NCBI GenBank assembly: GCA_017625935.1
Contig: JAGALA010000032.1
Coordinates: forward strand, 16,744 to 80,743
Source of the DNA: Clostridia bacterium
GTDB taxonomy: Bacteria; Bacillota; Clostridia; Oscillospirales; CAG-272
Length of the DNA: 64,000 nt
Reading direction: 5' to 3'
This document shows, one piece after another, positions 53,256 to 64,000 of this stretch. A model generated the notes under the pieces. That model had not been told where the DNA came from, did not search any database, and saw only the letters and a list, made by a program, of their open reading frames with translations. Position numbers and translations under genes: made by a program. Position 1 is the stretch's first letter. Every line of letters begins with the position of its first letter.

Positions 53256-54431
53256 TTAGATCAAGCTATCAATAAACTGCTCGGCGCATCTTGCGGAGCG
53301 ATAGCCACGGTTTAAGGCAAACGCCTCAGCTTTGACAAACAGCTCGTTTTCGTCCATTGTCACGCCCTTGCGCTTTGCAAGCTCCTTGATTATTTCAAGG
53401 TAAAGAGGCTTAGACGGCTTTGCAAAGAGAATTGTAAGACCGAAGCGCTCGGAGAGTGAGAGTGTTTCTTGAACGGTATCGTTTCTGTGAATATCGTTAC
53501 CCTCGCGCTCGCCAAAGGTTTCCTTTACTATATGGCGGCGGTTTGAGGTGGCATAAATGACTGCGTTTTTCGCCTTTGCACTTGCCGAGCCCTCAAGAGT
53601 TGCCTTGAGCATACTGAAATTATCATCATTTTTGTTGAATGAAAGGTCATCTATAAATATGATGAATTTAAGCGGATTTTTTGCAATTTGCGCCATAATC
53701 TTAGGGAGCAAAAGAAGCTGAGTTTTTCTGATTTCTATCAGACGTATTCCGCTTTCGAAAAGGTGATTTGCAACCGCCTTTACCGTTGAGGACTTGCCTG
53801 TGCCCGCATCGCCGTACAAAAGAATGTTTGCGGCAGGACGTCCCTCCAAAAACGCAACGGTGTTATCAAGCACCTTTTTTCTTTCCTCACCGTAGCCGAT
53901 GAAGCTGTCAATCGTTGTCTTGTCCGCGCTTTCAATTGGAATAATCTCACCATTGTCGGTTGAAGAAAACATACAGTAAGAAGCAAAAATGCCGTAGCCG
54001 TGGCGGTGAATTTCGCTAAGGCGCGCGCTATATGCTTTTTTAACGTCTAATTTTTCGGTGTCGTATTCGGGAATTTTACCCGTCACCTTCATATCAAGCC
54101 CGAAGCTGTCGCTTGTAAGTGAGGCAAGCGCGCTTAGTGCTTCAAGCTCGAAATTAAGGGAGTTTTCGATTTTTGCGCTTATCTTTTCGTCCTTGGAAAT
54201 TGCTTTAACGTACACGTTTTCGTTTTCAAAGAGCGCTTTCTTTATGCACTCGGAAAGCACGCCGCCGTTTTCATATACGCTTGAAACAAATTCGCCGTAT
54301 TTTTTAAGCTTTTCTCTTTTATTTTCTTCCTCACAGTACGCCATAAATGCGCTGATTACGGGGGTTTTCAAAACCTCTCTCGTTACTGTAAAAAGGCAAA
54401 GTGAGGAATATATTTCTTCTATTTTTGACAT
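53256..54431 (-). CDS. DUF815-family AAA-type ATP-binding protein
   Basis: 391 aa. Walker A LLYGDAGTGKSS and Walker B FIIFIDDLSF. The remainder is typical of DUF815. Confidence 0.7.
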   Translation of the reverse strand: MSKIEEIYSSLCLFTVTREVLKTPVISAFMAYCEEENKREKLKKYGEFVSSVYENGGVLSECIKKALFENENVYVKAISKDEKISAKIENSLNFELEALSALASLTSDSFGLDMKVTGKIPEYDTEKLDVKKAYSARLSEIHRHGYGIFASYCMFSSTDNGEIIPIESADKTTIDSFIGYGEERKKVLDNTVAFLEGRPAANILLYGDAGTGKSSTVKAVANHLFESGIRLIEIRKTQLLLLPKIMAQIAKNPLKFIIFIDDLSFNKNDDNFSMLKATLEGSASAKAKNAVIYATSNRRHIVKETFGEREGNDIHRNDTVQETLSLSERFGLTILFAKPSKPLYLEIIKELAKRKGVTMDENELFVKAEAFALNRGYRSARCAEQFIDSLI

Positions 54432-54458
54432 TTTGCACCTTATGGGTTTTAGAAATTT

Positions 54459-55526
54459 TTAGAGGTTTGCAATAATTTTCTCGGTTACCTCTTTTGTGGT
54501 TAAGTATTCGCCGCCGTGGGCAAGGTCTGCCGTACGGTAGCCATCGTTCAGTAGCTTGTCAACCGCGTTTACGATTGCATCGTTTTCTTCCTTTAAGCCG
54601 AAGGAGTAAAGGAGCATCATTCCGCCCGAGAGAATTGTTGCAATCGGGTTTGCAATGCCCTTGCCTGCAATATCGGGTGCTGAGCCGTGAATCGGCTCGT
54701 AAAGACCGACTGTGGTGTTGCCGAGTGATGCTGACGGGAGCATACCTATCGAGCCTGTGATTTGCGATGCCTCGTCGGAGAGAATATCGCCGAACATATT
54801 TGTTGTTACGATAACGTCAAACTGCGCGGGGTTACGAACAAGCTGCATAGCCGCGTTGTCAACGAGCATATCGCTGACAGTTACACCCTCGTAGTCCTTT
54901 TCCATTTCGTGAACTATTTTGCGCCACAAGCGAGAGGAATCAAGCACGTTTGCCTTGTCAATGCTTGTTAGCTTGCCGTTTCTTTTCTTTGCAGACTCGT
55001 ATGCTACCTTTAAAATTCTTTCTATTTCCATACGGGAATAGCACTCTGTATCGTATGCCTCCTCGCCGTATTTGCCTGTACGCATTCCGCGCTCGCCAAA
55101 ATAAATACCGCCTGTTAATTCGCGCACGATAAGAATATCAAAGCCGTTTTCAACGATATCGGAGCGAAGCGGACACTCACCCTTGAGTGCGGGATAAAGC
55201 TTGGCAGGGCGAAGGTTGGTGAAAAGTCCCATTGCCTCACGAATGCCGAGAAGTGCCTTTTCAGGGCGCATATTGCCCGGTAGCGTGTCCCATTTCGGTC
55301 CTCCAACCGCGCCGAGAAGCACGCTGTCAGATGCTAAGCAGCCGTCAACAGTTTCTTTTGGAAGCGGCTTGCCTGTTTTGTCAATTGCCGCACCACCTAT
55401 TAAATATTCCGTAAAATTGAAGGTGTGACCGAATTTTTTGCCAACCGCCTCAAGCACGCTAACCGCGCTGTCAACGATTTCGGGACCGATGCCGTCACCC
55501 TTTAATAATGCTATATTGTATGTCAT
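54459..55526 (-). CDS. leuB: 3-isopropylmalate dehydrogenase
   Basis: 355 aa. [21 protein letters not shown] and GSAPDIAG. Confidence 0.9.
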   Translation of the reverse strand: MTYNIALLKGDGIGPEIVDSAVSVLEAVGKKFGHTFNFTEYLIGGAAIDKTGKPLPKETVDGCLASDSVLLGAVGGPKWDTLPGNMRPEKALLGIREAMGLFTNLRPAKLYPALKGECPLRSDIVENGFDILIVRELTGGIYFGERGMRTGKYGEEAYDTECYSRMEIERILKVAYESAKKRNGKLTSIDKANVLDSSRLWRKIVHEMEKDYEGVTVSDMLVDNAAMQLVRNPAQFDVIVTTNMFGDILSDEASQITGSIGMLPSASLGNTTVGLYEPIHGSAPDIAGKGIANPIATILSGGMMLLYSFGLKEENDAIVNAVDKLLNDGYRTADLAHGGEYLTTKEVTEKIIANL

Positions 55527-55538
55527 AATTTACCTCTT

Positions 55539-56033
55539 TTAATTCAATTCGCCCTTTTTGATGGATTCAATAAGACCGCCGTTTGTGATAATCTTTTGAA
55601 TAAACTCGGGGAACGGTTGAGTTTTGAACTCCTTGCCTGTGGTCAGGTTATAAATTATACCGTTATCAAGGTCTGCCTCTACCCTGTCGCCGTCGCTGAT
55701 GTTAGCTACTGCCTCGGGACACTCCAAAATTGCAAGACCGATGTTAATTGAGTTGCGGTAGAAAATTCTTGCAAAGGTATTTGCTATTACCAGGGAAATA
55801 CCGCTTGCCTTTATTGCTATCGGTGCATGCTCACGCGAGGAGCCACAGCCGAAGTTGTCGCCTGCAACCATAATATCGCCTATCTCCACTCTTTTTGTAA
55901 AGTCCTTGTCAAGGTCCTCCATACAGTGTGAGGCAAGCTCAGCGTGGTCACTTGTGTTTAGATATCTTGCAGGGATAATTACGTCTGTATCTACGTTATC
56001 ACCGTATTTAATTACTTTTCCTGTAAATTTCAT
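55539..56033 (-). CDS. leuD: 3-isopropylmalate dehydratase, small subunit
   Basis: 164 aa with the GCGSSREHA motif. Confidence 0.9.
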   Translation of the reverse strand: MKFTGKVIKYGDNVDTDVIIPARYLNTSDHAELASHCMEDLDKDFTKRVEIGDIMVAGDNFGCGSSREHAPIAIKASGISLVIANTFARIFYRNSINIGLAILECPEAVANISDGDRVEADLDNGIIYNLTTGKEFKTQPFPEFIQKIITNGGLIESIKKGELN

Positions 56034-56045
56034 AATTTTCCCTCC

Positions 56046-57305
56046 TTAAATTTTAGCCGGGTCTGCTATCTTACCGGCAATTGCACTTGCTGCGGCTACT
56101 GCCGGGGAAGCAAGATAAACCTCGCTTGTTACGTGTCCCATTCTGCCAACGAAGTTGCGGTTTGTTGTTGCAACCGCGCGCTCGCCAGCCGCCAAAATGC
56201 CCATATAACCGCCAAGGCAAGGGCCGCAGGTTGGTGTTGAAACGACACAGCCGGCATCGATAAAGATTTTAACAAGACCGTTTTCAATTGCTTTTAGGTA
56301 AATATCCTGTGTTGCGGGAATGATAATTGCGCGCACATTTTTTGCAATTTTTCTGCCCCTCAAAATCATTGCGGCTTCCTCAATATCCTTGTACTGACCG
56401 TTTGTGCAGGAGCCGATAACAACCTGGTCTATCGCGATATCGCCGATTTCGTCAAAGGTTTTTGTGTTTTCGGGAAGGTGCGGGAATGCAACTGTTGAAT
56501 CAATTTTCGAGAGGTCAATTTCGTAAACCTCATCGTACTTTGCATCCTCGTCCGCCTCGAATTTTTTAATTTCGCGGTCGCTTCTCTCTTTTATGTAAGC
56601 AACGGTTTGCTCGTCAACAGGGAAAATGCCGTTTTTCGCGCCTGCCTCAATTGCCATATTGCAAATGGTTAGGCGGTCATAGATAGAAAGCGATGCAACG
56701 CCCTCACCAACAAACTCCATTGACTTGTAAAGTGCGCCGTCAACGCCGATTTTTCCTATAATATGTAAGATAACATCCTTGCCCGAAACGTATTTTTTCA
56801 ATTTTCCCTTAAGGACGAATTTAATTGCGCTCGGCACCTTAAACCACGCCTTGCCTGTTGCCATACCGCATGCCATATCGGTTGAGCCGACACCTGTTGA
56901 GAACGCGCCAAGAGCGCCGTATGTGCAAGTATGAGAGTCGGCACCGATAACAACGTCACCGCTCACAACAAGTCCCTTTTCGGGAAGGAGTGCGTGCTCA
57001 ATGCCCATTCTGCCAACGTCATAGAAGTGTGTAACCTCCTTGTCGTTACAGAACTCACGGCACATTTTGCATTGCTCTGCCGCCTTTATATCCTTATTCG
57101 GTGCGAAGTGGTCCATAACCATCGTTACCTTTTCCTTGTCATAAACCTTATCTACACCTATTTTATTAAATTCCTTAATTGCCACGGGAGAGGTAATATC
57201 ATTACCCAAAACTCTATCAAGATTTACCAAGATGAGCTGCCCTGCCTCAACATTGTCAAGCCCTGCGTGGGAAGCCAAGATTTTTTGAGTCATTGTCATT
57301 GACAT
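56046..57305 (-). CDS. leuC: 3-isopropylmalate dehydratase, large subunit
   Basis: Start at [15 protein letters not shown] (ATG 57305). Aconitase-family Cys motifs GADSHT and CGPCLG. The track's N-terminal extension runs through a REP hairpin and was rejected. Confidence 0.9.
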   Translation of the reverse strand: MSMTMTQKILASHAGLDNVEAGQLILVNLDRVLGNDITSPVAIKEFNKIGVDKVYDKEKVTMVMDHFAPNKDIKAAEQCKMCREFCNDKEVTHFYDVGRMGIEHALLPEKGLVVSGDVVIGADSHTCTYGALGAFSTGVGSTDMACGMATGKAWFKVPSAIKFVLKGKLKKYVSGKDVILHIIGKIGVDGALYKSMEFVGEGVASLSIYDRLTICNMAIEAGAKNGIFPVDEQTVAYIKERSDREIKKFEADEDAKYDEVYEIDLSKIDSTVAFPHLPENTKTFDEIGDIAIDQVVIGSCTNGQYKDIEEAAMILRGRKIAKNVRAIIIPATQDIYLKAIENGLVKIFIDAGCVVSTPTCGPCLGGYMGILAAGERAVATTNRNFVGRMGHVTSEVYLASPAVAAASAIAGKIADPAKI

Positions 57306-57381
57306 AATTAAAATTCCTTTCAACTTGAAATTTCTAACCAAAATGCACAGTTTTCTGTGAGCTTTGGTTAACAATTTCTCA

Positions 57382-57418
57382 GTCAGCGAAGCTGACAGCT
57401 CCCTTAATACAAGGGAGC
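57382..57418. repeat. REP-like tandem-hairpin element, family C, copy 2
   Basis: GTCAGC-GAA-GCTGAC (57382-57396), followed by GCTCCCTT-AATAC-AAGGGAGC (57398-57418), in the ilvD-leuC spacer. Confidence 0.6.
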
Positions 57419-57436
57419 CATCTTGCACGCTTTGTT

Positions 57437-59098
57437 TTATCTGTTAATTATAGCACCTTTATCTGCGCTACTTACCATTTGTGCATATCTCTTCAGATAG
57501 CCCGTTAGGTTTTCCTTTTTCTTGATTACCATTTCGGTTTTTCTCTTTGCAAGCTCGTCATCACTTACCTTAAGCTCGATTTTATATTCGGGAATATTTA
57601 TCGAGATGATGTCGCCGTCCTTGACGTAGGCTATTGTGCCGCCGCTTACTGCCTCGGGGGAAACGTGGCCTATCGATGCGCCTCTTGTCGCACCTGAGAA
57701 GCGTCCGTCAGTAATGAGTGCAACGTCCTTATCAAGTCCCATACCTGCAATTGCAGAGGTTGGAGAAAGCATTTCTCTCATACCCGGACCGCCGCTTGGT
57801 CCCTCATAGCGGATAACCACAACGTCACCCTTTTGGATTTTACCTGCGTAGATTGCGGCAATTGCTTCCTCCTCGCTCTCGTAAACCTTTGCAGGTCCCT
57901 CGTGAACGAGCATTTCGGGCGCAACCGCACTTCTCTTTACAACGCATCCGTCGGGGGCTAAGTTGCCCTTCAATACCGCGATACCGCCTGTTTTGGTAAA
58001 CGGATTGTCGATAGGTCTTATTGTTTCGGGGTCACGGTTAACCGCGCCCTCGATATTTTCACCAAGAGTTTTGCCTGTAACGGTCATTACGCTTGTATCA
58101 AGAAGCCCTAACTTGTCAATTTCTTTAAGCACTGCATATACGCCGCCCGCTTGATAAAGATCCTCCATATATGTTGGGCCAGCAGGGGCGAGGTGGCAGA
58201 GGTTTGGTGTTTTTTCACTGATTTCGTTTACAAAATCAAGGTTGAATTCAACACCGCACTCGTTTGCGATAGCCGGCAAATGAAGCATACTGTTCGTTGA
58301 GCAGCCGAGCGCCATATCGGCGGTGATTGCATTTTTAATTGCTGATTCCGTCATAATATCGCGTGGGCGAATATTCTTCTTTATAAGCTCCATAACCTGC
58401 ATACCTGCGTGCTTTGCAAGCTCAATTCTTGCAGAATATACAGCAGGGATTGTGCCGTTGCCCGAAAGACCCATACCGAGAACCTCGGTTAAGCAGTTCA
58501 TAGAGTTGGCGGTGTACATACCCGAGCAGGAGCCGCAGGTTGGGCACGCCTTGTTTTCAAATTCGCAAAGACCGCACTCGTCAAGTGTGCCTGCTTTGTA
58601 TGAGCCAACTGCCTCAAACATACTTGAAAGGCTTGTCTTGTGTCCGTTTACACGGCCTGCAAGCATAGGTCCGCCGCTGACAAATACGGTTGGAATGTTA
58701 AGACGAGCCGCCGCCATAAGAAGTCCGGGCACGTTTTTGTCGCAGTTTGGAATCATAACAAGACCGTCAAAGCCGTGTGCCATAACCATCGCCTCGGTTG
58801 AGTCGGCAATTAAGTCACGGGTAACGAGGGAATATTTCATACCGACGTGACCCATAGCAATGCCGTCGCAAACGGCGATTGCAGGGAACATAATAGGTGT
58901 TCCGCCTGCCATAGCAACGCCGAGCTTTACAGCCTCGGTAATTTTATCAAGGTTCATATGTCCCGGAACTATCTCATTATACGAGCTGACAATACCGATA
59001 AGTGGGCGGTCAAGCTCCTCGCGCGTTAGACCAAGCGCCTTATAAAGAGAACGGTGGGGGGCGTTGTGTGAACCGTTTACTATTGTATCTTTAATCAT
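57437..59098 (-). CDS. ilvD: dihydroxy-acid dehydratase
   Basis: Start at [18 protein letters not shown] (GGAG 6 nt upstream). Motifs CDKNVPG and GRFSGAT. Confidence 0.9.
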   Translation of the reverse strand: MIKDTIVNGSHNAPHRSLYKALGLTREELDRPLIGIVSSYNEIVPGHMNLDKITEAVKLGVAMAGGTPIMFPAIAVCDGIAMGHVGMKYSLVTRDLIADSTEAMVMAHGFDGLVMIPNCDKNVPGLLMAAARLNIPTVFVSGGPMLAGRVNGHKTSLSSMFEAVGSYKAGTLDECGLCEFENKACPTCGSCSGMYTANSMNCLTEVLGMGLSGNGTIPAVYSARIELAKHAGMQVMELIKKNIRPRDIMTESAIKNAITADMALGCSTNSMLHLPAIANECGVEFNLDFVNEISEKTPNLCHLAPAGPTYMEDLYQAGGVYAVLKEIDKLGLLDTSVMTVTGKTLGENIEGAVNRDPETIRPIDNPFTKTGGIAVLKGNLAPDGCVVKRSAVAPEMLVHEGPAKVYESEEEAIAAIYAGKIQKGDVVVIRYEGPSGGPGMREMLSPTSAIAGMGLDKDVALITDGRFSGATRGASIGHVSPEAVSGGTIAYVKDGDIISINIPEYKIELKVSDDELAKRKTEMVIKKKENLTGYLKRYAQMVSSADKGAIINR

Positions 59099-59113
59099 TT
59101 TTTGCTCCATTTT

Positions 59114-59143
59114 GTACGGGAGGAGCAAGCCCCTCCCCTACAC
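59114..59143. repeat. REP-like hairpin element, family A, copy 2
   Basis: GTACGGGAGGAGCAAGCCCCTCCCCTACAC. Stem GGGAGG/CCTCCC around the same AGCAAGCC loop as copy 1. Confidence 0.6.
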
Positions 59144-59156
59144 ATATACAATTTAA

Positions 59157-60194
<1,038 letters not shown>

Positions 60195-60207
60195 TTATGT
60201 TCAAATT

Positions 60208-60750
60208 TTAATTATTAGCTGTTTTGTGGACACCTGTTTTTGTTTCCTTGGAAAGAAGCGTGCCCTCTCCTCTTTCAAGTGCTACTATACCCGTACGGCA
60301 CATTTCAAGGATACCGTATGGCTTAATATACTCTATAAACGCATTGATTTTTTCGGGTGCGCCCGTAATTTCAATGCACATTTCGCTTGCGGTGAAGTCG
60401 ATTACCTTTGCGCGATATACGTCAACCGCGGAAAGAACGTCCCCCCTTGTTTCGGAGCTGTTCTTAATCTTAATAAGTGCAAGCTCTCTTTTGATTGAGG
60501 AGCTTTCCTCAATTTCTTCTACCTTTTTTACATTGATGAGCTTACGAAGCTGATTTATAAGCTGCTCCTTTGCGTAGCCGTCACCACTCATACAAATTGT
60601 TATTCTTGAGTACTCGGGGCTTTCGGTTTCGCCAACGGTCAAGGCGTCAATGTTGAAGCCGCGGCGAGTGAACATGCTTGTAACTCTTGTAAGCACGCCG
60701 TATTTGTTGTCAACGTAAACGGCAATTACAAATTTATTTGTTTTTTCCAT
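60208..60750 (-). CDS. ilvN: acetolactate synthase, small (regulatory) subunit
   Basis: 180 aa with an ACT domain (VDNKYGVLTRVTSMFTRRGFNIDALTVG). Confidence 0.9.
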   Translation of the reverse strand: MEKTNKFVIAVYVDNKYGVLTRVTSMFTRRGFNIDALTVGETESPEYSRITICMSGDGYAKEQLINQLRKLINVKKVEEIEESSSIKRELALIKIKNSSETRGDVLSAVDVYRAKVIDFTASEMCIEITGAPEKINAFIEYIKPYGILEMCRTGIVALERGEGTLLSKETKTGVHKTANN

Positions 60751-60760
60751 CGCTTTTACC

Positions 60761-62437
60761 TCACTTTTCCGTGATGATGTCGTCTATCGAGCCACCCGGT
60801 GGGAGCATTGGAAGAACGAACTCATCCTTATCAATAAGTGTATCGATTACAACAGGGCCGTTTATTGTAAGTGCTTTTTTGAATGCATCTTCAAATTCCT
60901 CTATTGTGGTTGCCCTCATACCGTGTGCACCGAATGCTTCCGCAAGCTTAACGAAATCGGTTTTTCTTTCAAGCACCGTATTTGAAAATCTCTTGCCGAA
61001 GAAAAGGTTTTGCCATTGGCGAACCATACCGAGAACACCGTTATTGCAAAGAACTATCACAAGCGGAACTTGGTAAGTAACCGCGGTTGCAAGCTCGTTT
61101 AGGTTCATACCGAAGCTACCGTCACCCGTAATCAAAACGGTTGGGTCATTCGTTGCAACGCGTGCGCCTATTGCCGCACCCAAGCCAAAGCCCATTGTGC
61201 CAAGACCGCCGCTTGAAACAAAGCGTCTTGTGGTGTCGAATTTTGCATACTGCGCCGCCCACATTTGATGCTGACCAACGTCTGTCGTAATTATGGTTTT
61301 TGGTAATTTATACTTGTTTATTACGTCGAATACCATCTTAGGAGTCATACGCGCCCCTGCCATTTTAGCGGCTTTTTCGGCAATTTCCCGTTCCTTTTGC
61401 TTATAAGATTCAACCTCGCTTTTCCACTCGGGCTTTTCGCTCTTTGCAACCTTGTCAAGAATTCTAAGGAAGGAGTCGCGCACATCGGCAACGATACCGA
61501 GGTCAACGCTTACGTTCTTGTTAATTTCGGCAAAGTCGGGGTCGAGCTGAATTATCTTTGTATTCTTCGCAAACTTTGCGGTATTACCAGTGGCTCTGTC
61601 GCTAAAGCGAACACCGACACCGATAATCAAATCCGCGTGCTTTTGCGAGATGGATGATGCGTAGTGACCGTGCATACCCTGCATACCAAGGAAGCGCTCA
61701 TTTCCGTCGGGGACGGCGGAAAGACCCATAAAGGTACAGCCGATAGGTGCATCTATCTTTTCGGCAAGTTCGATAATTTCCTTGCCCATATTAAGTCCTG
61801 CCGCGCCGCCGCCTATGTATATATATGGCTTTTTCGCTTCGTTGATAATTGATACTGCCTCATCAATTGACATCTCGTCCGCCTTGGGAAGCGGAATTTT
61901 CGGAACAATTTCTTGCGGCTCGTAATCATAAACCGCAACTTGAACGTCCTTTGGCACGTCAACGAGAACAGGACCCGGTCTGCCCGATTTTGCAATTTGG
62001 AACGCCTCACGGATAGAGTCCGCCAAGTCCTCGATTTTATTTATAAAATAGTTGTGCTTTGTAATTGGCAGGGTAATGCCTGTAATGTCAATCTCCTGGA
62101 AGGAGTCCTTGCCGATAAGTGAGCATGGAACGTTGCCTGTTATGGCAACCATAGGGATTGAGTCAAGCATTGCGGTTGCAATACCAGTAACTAAGTTAGT
62201 GGCACCGGGCCCCGAGGTTGCAATACAAACGCCAACCTTGCCCGTTGCACGTGAGTAACCGTCGGCTGCGTGCGCCGCGCCCTGCTCGTGTGCGGTTAAA
62301 ATGTGATTTATTCTATCACTGTTTTTATAAAGTGCGTCATAAATATTAATTACCTGTCCGCCGGGATAACCGAAAACGTCGGTTGTGCCCTGCTCGATAA
62401 GCGTATTTATAATTATTTCTGCGCCTGTCATTTTCAT
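60761..62437 (-). CDS. ilvB: acetolactate synthase, large subunit
   Basis: Start at [13 protein letters not shown] (RBS AGGAGG). ThDP motif GDGSFGMN...NN. Confidence 0.9.
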   Translation of the reverse strand: MKMTGAEIIINTLIEQGTTDVFGYPGGQVINIYDALYKNSDRINHILTAHEQGAAHAADGYSRATGKVGVCIATSGPGATNLVTGIATAMLDSIPMVAITGNVPCSLIGKDSFQEIDITGITLPITKHNYFINKIEDLADSIREAFQIAKSGRPGPVLVDVPKDVQVAVYDYEPQEIVPKIPLPKADEMSIDEAVSIINEAKKPYIYIGGGAAGLNMGKEIIELAEKIDAPIGCTFMGLSAVPDGNERFLGMQGMHGHYASSISQKHADLIIGVGVRFSDRATGNTAKFAKNTKIIQLDPDFAEINKNVSVDLGIVADVRDSFLRILDKVAKSEKPEWKSEVESYKQKEREIAEKAAKMAGARMTPKMVFDVINKYKLPKTIITTDVGQHQMWAAQYAKFDTTRRFVSSGGLGTMGFGLGAAIGARVATNDPTVLITGDGSFGMNLNELATAVTYQVPLVIVLCNNGVLGMVRQWQNLFFGKRFSNTVLERKTDFVKLAEAFGAHGMRATTIEEFEDAFKKALTINGPVVIDTLIDKDEFVLPMLPPGGSIDDIITEK

Positions 62438-62472
62438 AATTATTTCCTCCTTATTTCTTGGGGGCTTTTTCA

Positions 62473-64000
62473 TTACATCTTAGAGAGCATAATGTTAATT
62501 GCACTTACAAGTGCTTTAACTGACGAAACGATAATATCGCTATCGATACCAACGCCGTAAAATGGCTTTGCGCCGTGCTTTATGCTAACGTATGATGCTG
62601 CCTTGGAGCTTGATTTTCCCTCAAGGTCGTGCTCGGTATAGCTATCAAAGATATAATCGATGCCGATTACATCCTTTATTGCATTGGAAACGGCATCTAA
62701 GCGACCGTTTCCTTCCGAGACCCGAACATAGGAAACTCCGTTATACTTAATTGTACATTCTGCCAGGATGCCGCCGTCAAGGTCTTTATAAATCGCCTTT
62801 TCAACGTCAACGGGAGCATTCACGTTTACGAAGTCACGCACGAAAATGTCGTAAACCTCGCTTGGCATAAGCTCTCTATGCTCGTGGTCGGAAATGCTCT
62901 TGACGTGGTAGCCAAACGCTTCTCTCATCTTCGGTGGCAACACGTGCTTATACTGTGTTTCAAGGATATAGCCAATGCCGCCCTTTCCCGACTGCGAATT
63001 GATTCTTATAACATCCGCCTCGTAAACTCTGCCGACGTCGGTTGGGTCGATTGGGAGATACGGCACGTTCCAAATTTTGTCTGTGCCCTCTCTATACTTC
63101 ATTCCCTTAGCAATTGCATCCTGGTGTGAGCCGCTAAACGCCGCAAATACGAGCTGACCGCTATACGGCTGTCTTTCGTACACGTGCATTCTCGTCACCT
63201 TTTCGTAAACCTCGGTGATTGCGGGGAGGTTTGAGAAGTCAAGGGCTGGGTCGATGCCCTGTGAATACATATTGAGCGCTAAGGTAATTATATCTACGTT
63301 ACCCGTTCTTTCACCGTTACCGAAGAGAGTGCCCTCAATTCTGTCGCCGCCTGCCAAAAGTCCAAGCTCGCTATCTGCAACTGCACAGCCACGGTCATTG
63401 TGTGGGTGGAGCGAGATAATCACGTTTTCACGGCAGTTAAGGTTCTTTGACATATATTCAACCTGGTTTGCATACACGTGAGGCATAGAGTGCGACACGG
63501 TAACAGGAAGGTTTATTATAACCTTGTTGTCGGAATCGGGCTTCCAGATATTTATAACCTCGTTGCAAATCTCAAGTGCGAACTCAGGCTCTGTGCCTGT
63601 GAAGCTTTCGGGAGAATATTCAAACGTAACCTTACCCTTTGCCTTAGCCTTATACTCGTTGCAAAGGTTTGCGCCGAATTTGGCAATTTCGACAATCTCC
63701 TCCTTGCTCTTTTTGAACACCTGTTCTCTTTGAGCGACTGAGGTGGAGTTATATAGATGAACAACTGCGTGCTTTGCGCCGTCAATTGCCTCGAAGGTCT
63801 TGGCAATAATATGCTCGCGCGATTGAGTAAGCACTTGAATTGTAACATCGTCGGGTATTAAATTTTTCTCAATTAAGGTTCTGCAAAACTCGTATTCCGT
63901 CTCTGACGCGGCAGGAAAGCCGATTTCAATTTCCTTGAAGCCGACCTTGCAAAGGAGCTTAAAAAACTCAAGCTTTTCCTCAAGTGACATAGGGATAATA
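62473..64000 (-). CDS. leuA: 2-isopropylmalate synthase, long (LeuA type 2) form; 5' end lies outside the window
   Basis: The ORF is open to the window edge. Motifs [11 protein letters not shown] and GNGERTGN, plus a C-terminal LeuA dimerisation/regulatory domain. Confidence 0.85.
   Translation of the reverse strand, partial: IIPMSLEEKLEFFKLLCKVGFKEIEIGFPAASETEYEFCRTLIEKNLIPDDVTIQVLTQSREHIIAKTFEAIDGAKHAVVHLYNSTSVAQREQVFKKSKEEIVEIAKFGANLCNEYKAKAKGKVTFEYSPESFTGTEPEFALEICNEVINIWKPDSDNKVIINLPVTVSHSMPHVYANQVEYMSKNLNCRENVIISLHPHNDRGCAVADSELGLLAGGDRIEGTLFGNGERTGNVDIITLALNMYSQGIDPALDFSNLPAITEVYEKVTRMHVYERQPYSGQLVFAAFSGSHQDAIAKGMKYREGTDKIWNVPYLPIDPTDVGRVYEADVIRINSQSGKGGIGYILETQYKHVLPPKMREAFGYHVKSISDHEHRELMPSEVYDIFVRDFVNVNAPVDVEKAIYKDLDGGILAECTIKYNGVSYVRVSEGNGRLDAVSNAIKDVIGIDYIFDSYTEHDLEGKSSSKAASYVSIKHGAKPFYGVGIDSDIIVSSVKALVSAINIMLSKM

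Noticed and set aside
57306-57428. N-terminal extensions of leuC (to 57428), ilvD (to 59128), ilvB (to 62473), hisF (to 43934), ridA (to 51949), udk (to 9731), deoC (to 6633) and the fucosidase (to 34800).
   Set aside because: In each case an internal ATG with a spaced AGGAGG-type RBS coincides with the conserved N-terminus of the family. The extensions overlap upstream genes or run through REP hairpins.

Overview
This 64-kb chromosomal window comes from a mid-GC Gram-positive anaerobe. Lipoboxes, AGGAGG-type ribosome-binding sites (RBS) and gene content look Clostridia/Oscillospirales-like, but that taxonomic call is inference only. No rRNA, tRNA, CRISPR array, transposase or integrase was seen.

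Layout:
1. 1-5.9 kb: the 3' end of udp, an AraC regulator, two secreted proteins (BspA-type LRR; DUF4886/SGNH-like) and a small acidic peptide gene.
2. 6.1-13.1 kb, plus strand: a nucleoside/deoxyribose salvage cluster, tdk-deoC-deoD-deoB-cdd-udk, two DHH (NrnA-like) genes, and surE.
3. 13.2-25.7 kb, minus strand: a CUT1-type ABC importer (ATPase, two permeases with long oppositely charged N-terminal tails, substrate-binding protein (SBP)). It is followed by three tethered lipoproteins: a staphylococcal-nuclease (SNase)-type nuclease, a 1217-aa multi-OB-fold protein and a barnase-like RNase.
4. 25.8-36.4 kb, accessory region: an RDD protein, a YgjV protein, a repeat-laden 0.5-kb non-coding gap, two giant surface proteins (LRR+CotH kinase-like; LRR+beta-helix), each followed by a paralogous small peptide gene, a GH29 fucosidase and a thioesterase.
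5. 36.4-41.6 kb: an XRE-type membrane regulator plus a cluster of acyltransferase, two GT8 genes and a degenerate-GT8::acyltransferase fusion.
6. 41.7-50.3 kb: a complete his operon (hisZGDCBHAF-IE-J) headed by a TrpR-like yerC gene, behind a consensus promoter bracketed by two palindromic operators.
7. 50.5-64 kb: a low-GC orphan gene, then the branched-chain amino acid (BCAA) operon leuA-ilvBNCD-leuCDB-(DUF815 ATPase)-ilvA-ridA.

The best candidate for an undescribed system is block 3. It looks like extracellular nucleic-acid capture, degradation and import that feeds the convergent salvage cluster. The second candidate is the family of three small acidic peptides with a RiPP-leader-like YxxPx-hydrophobic motif, each placed immediately after a giant surface-protein gene.

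All domain calls come from motif recognition by eye. No database search was run.
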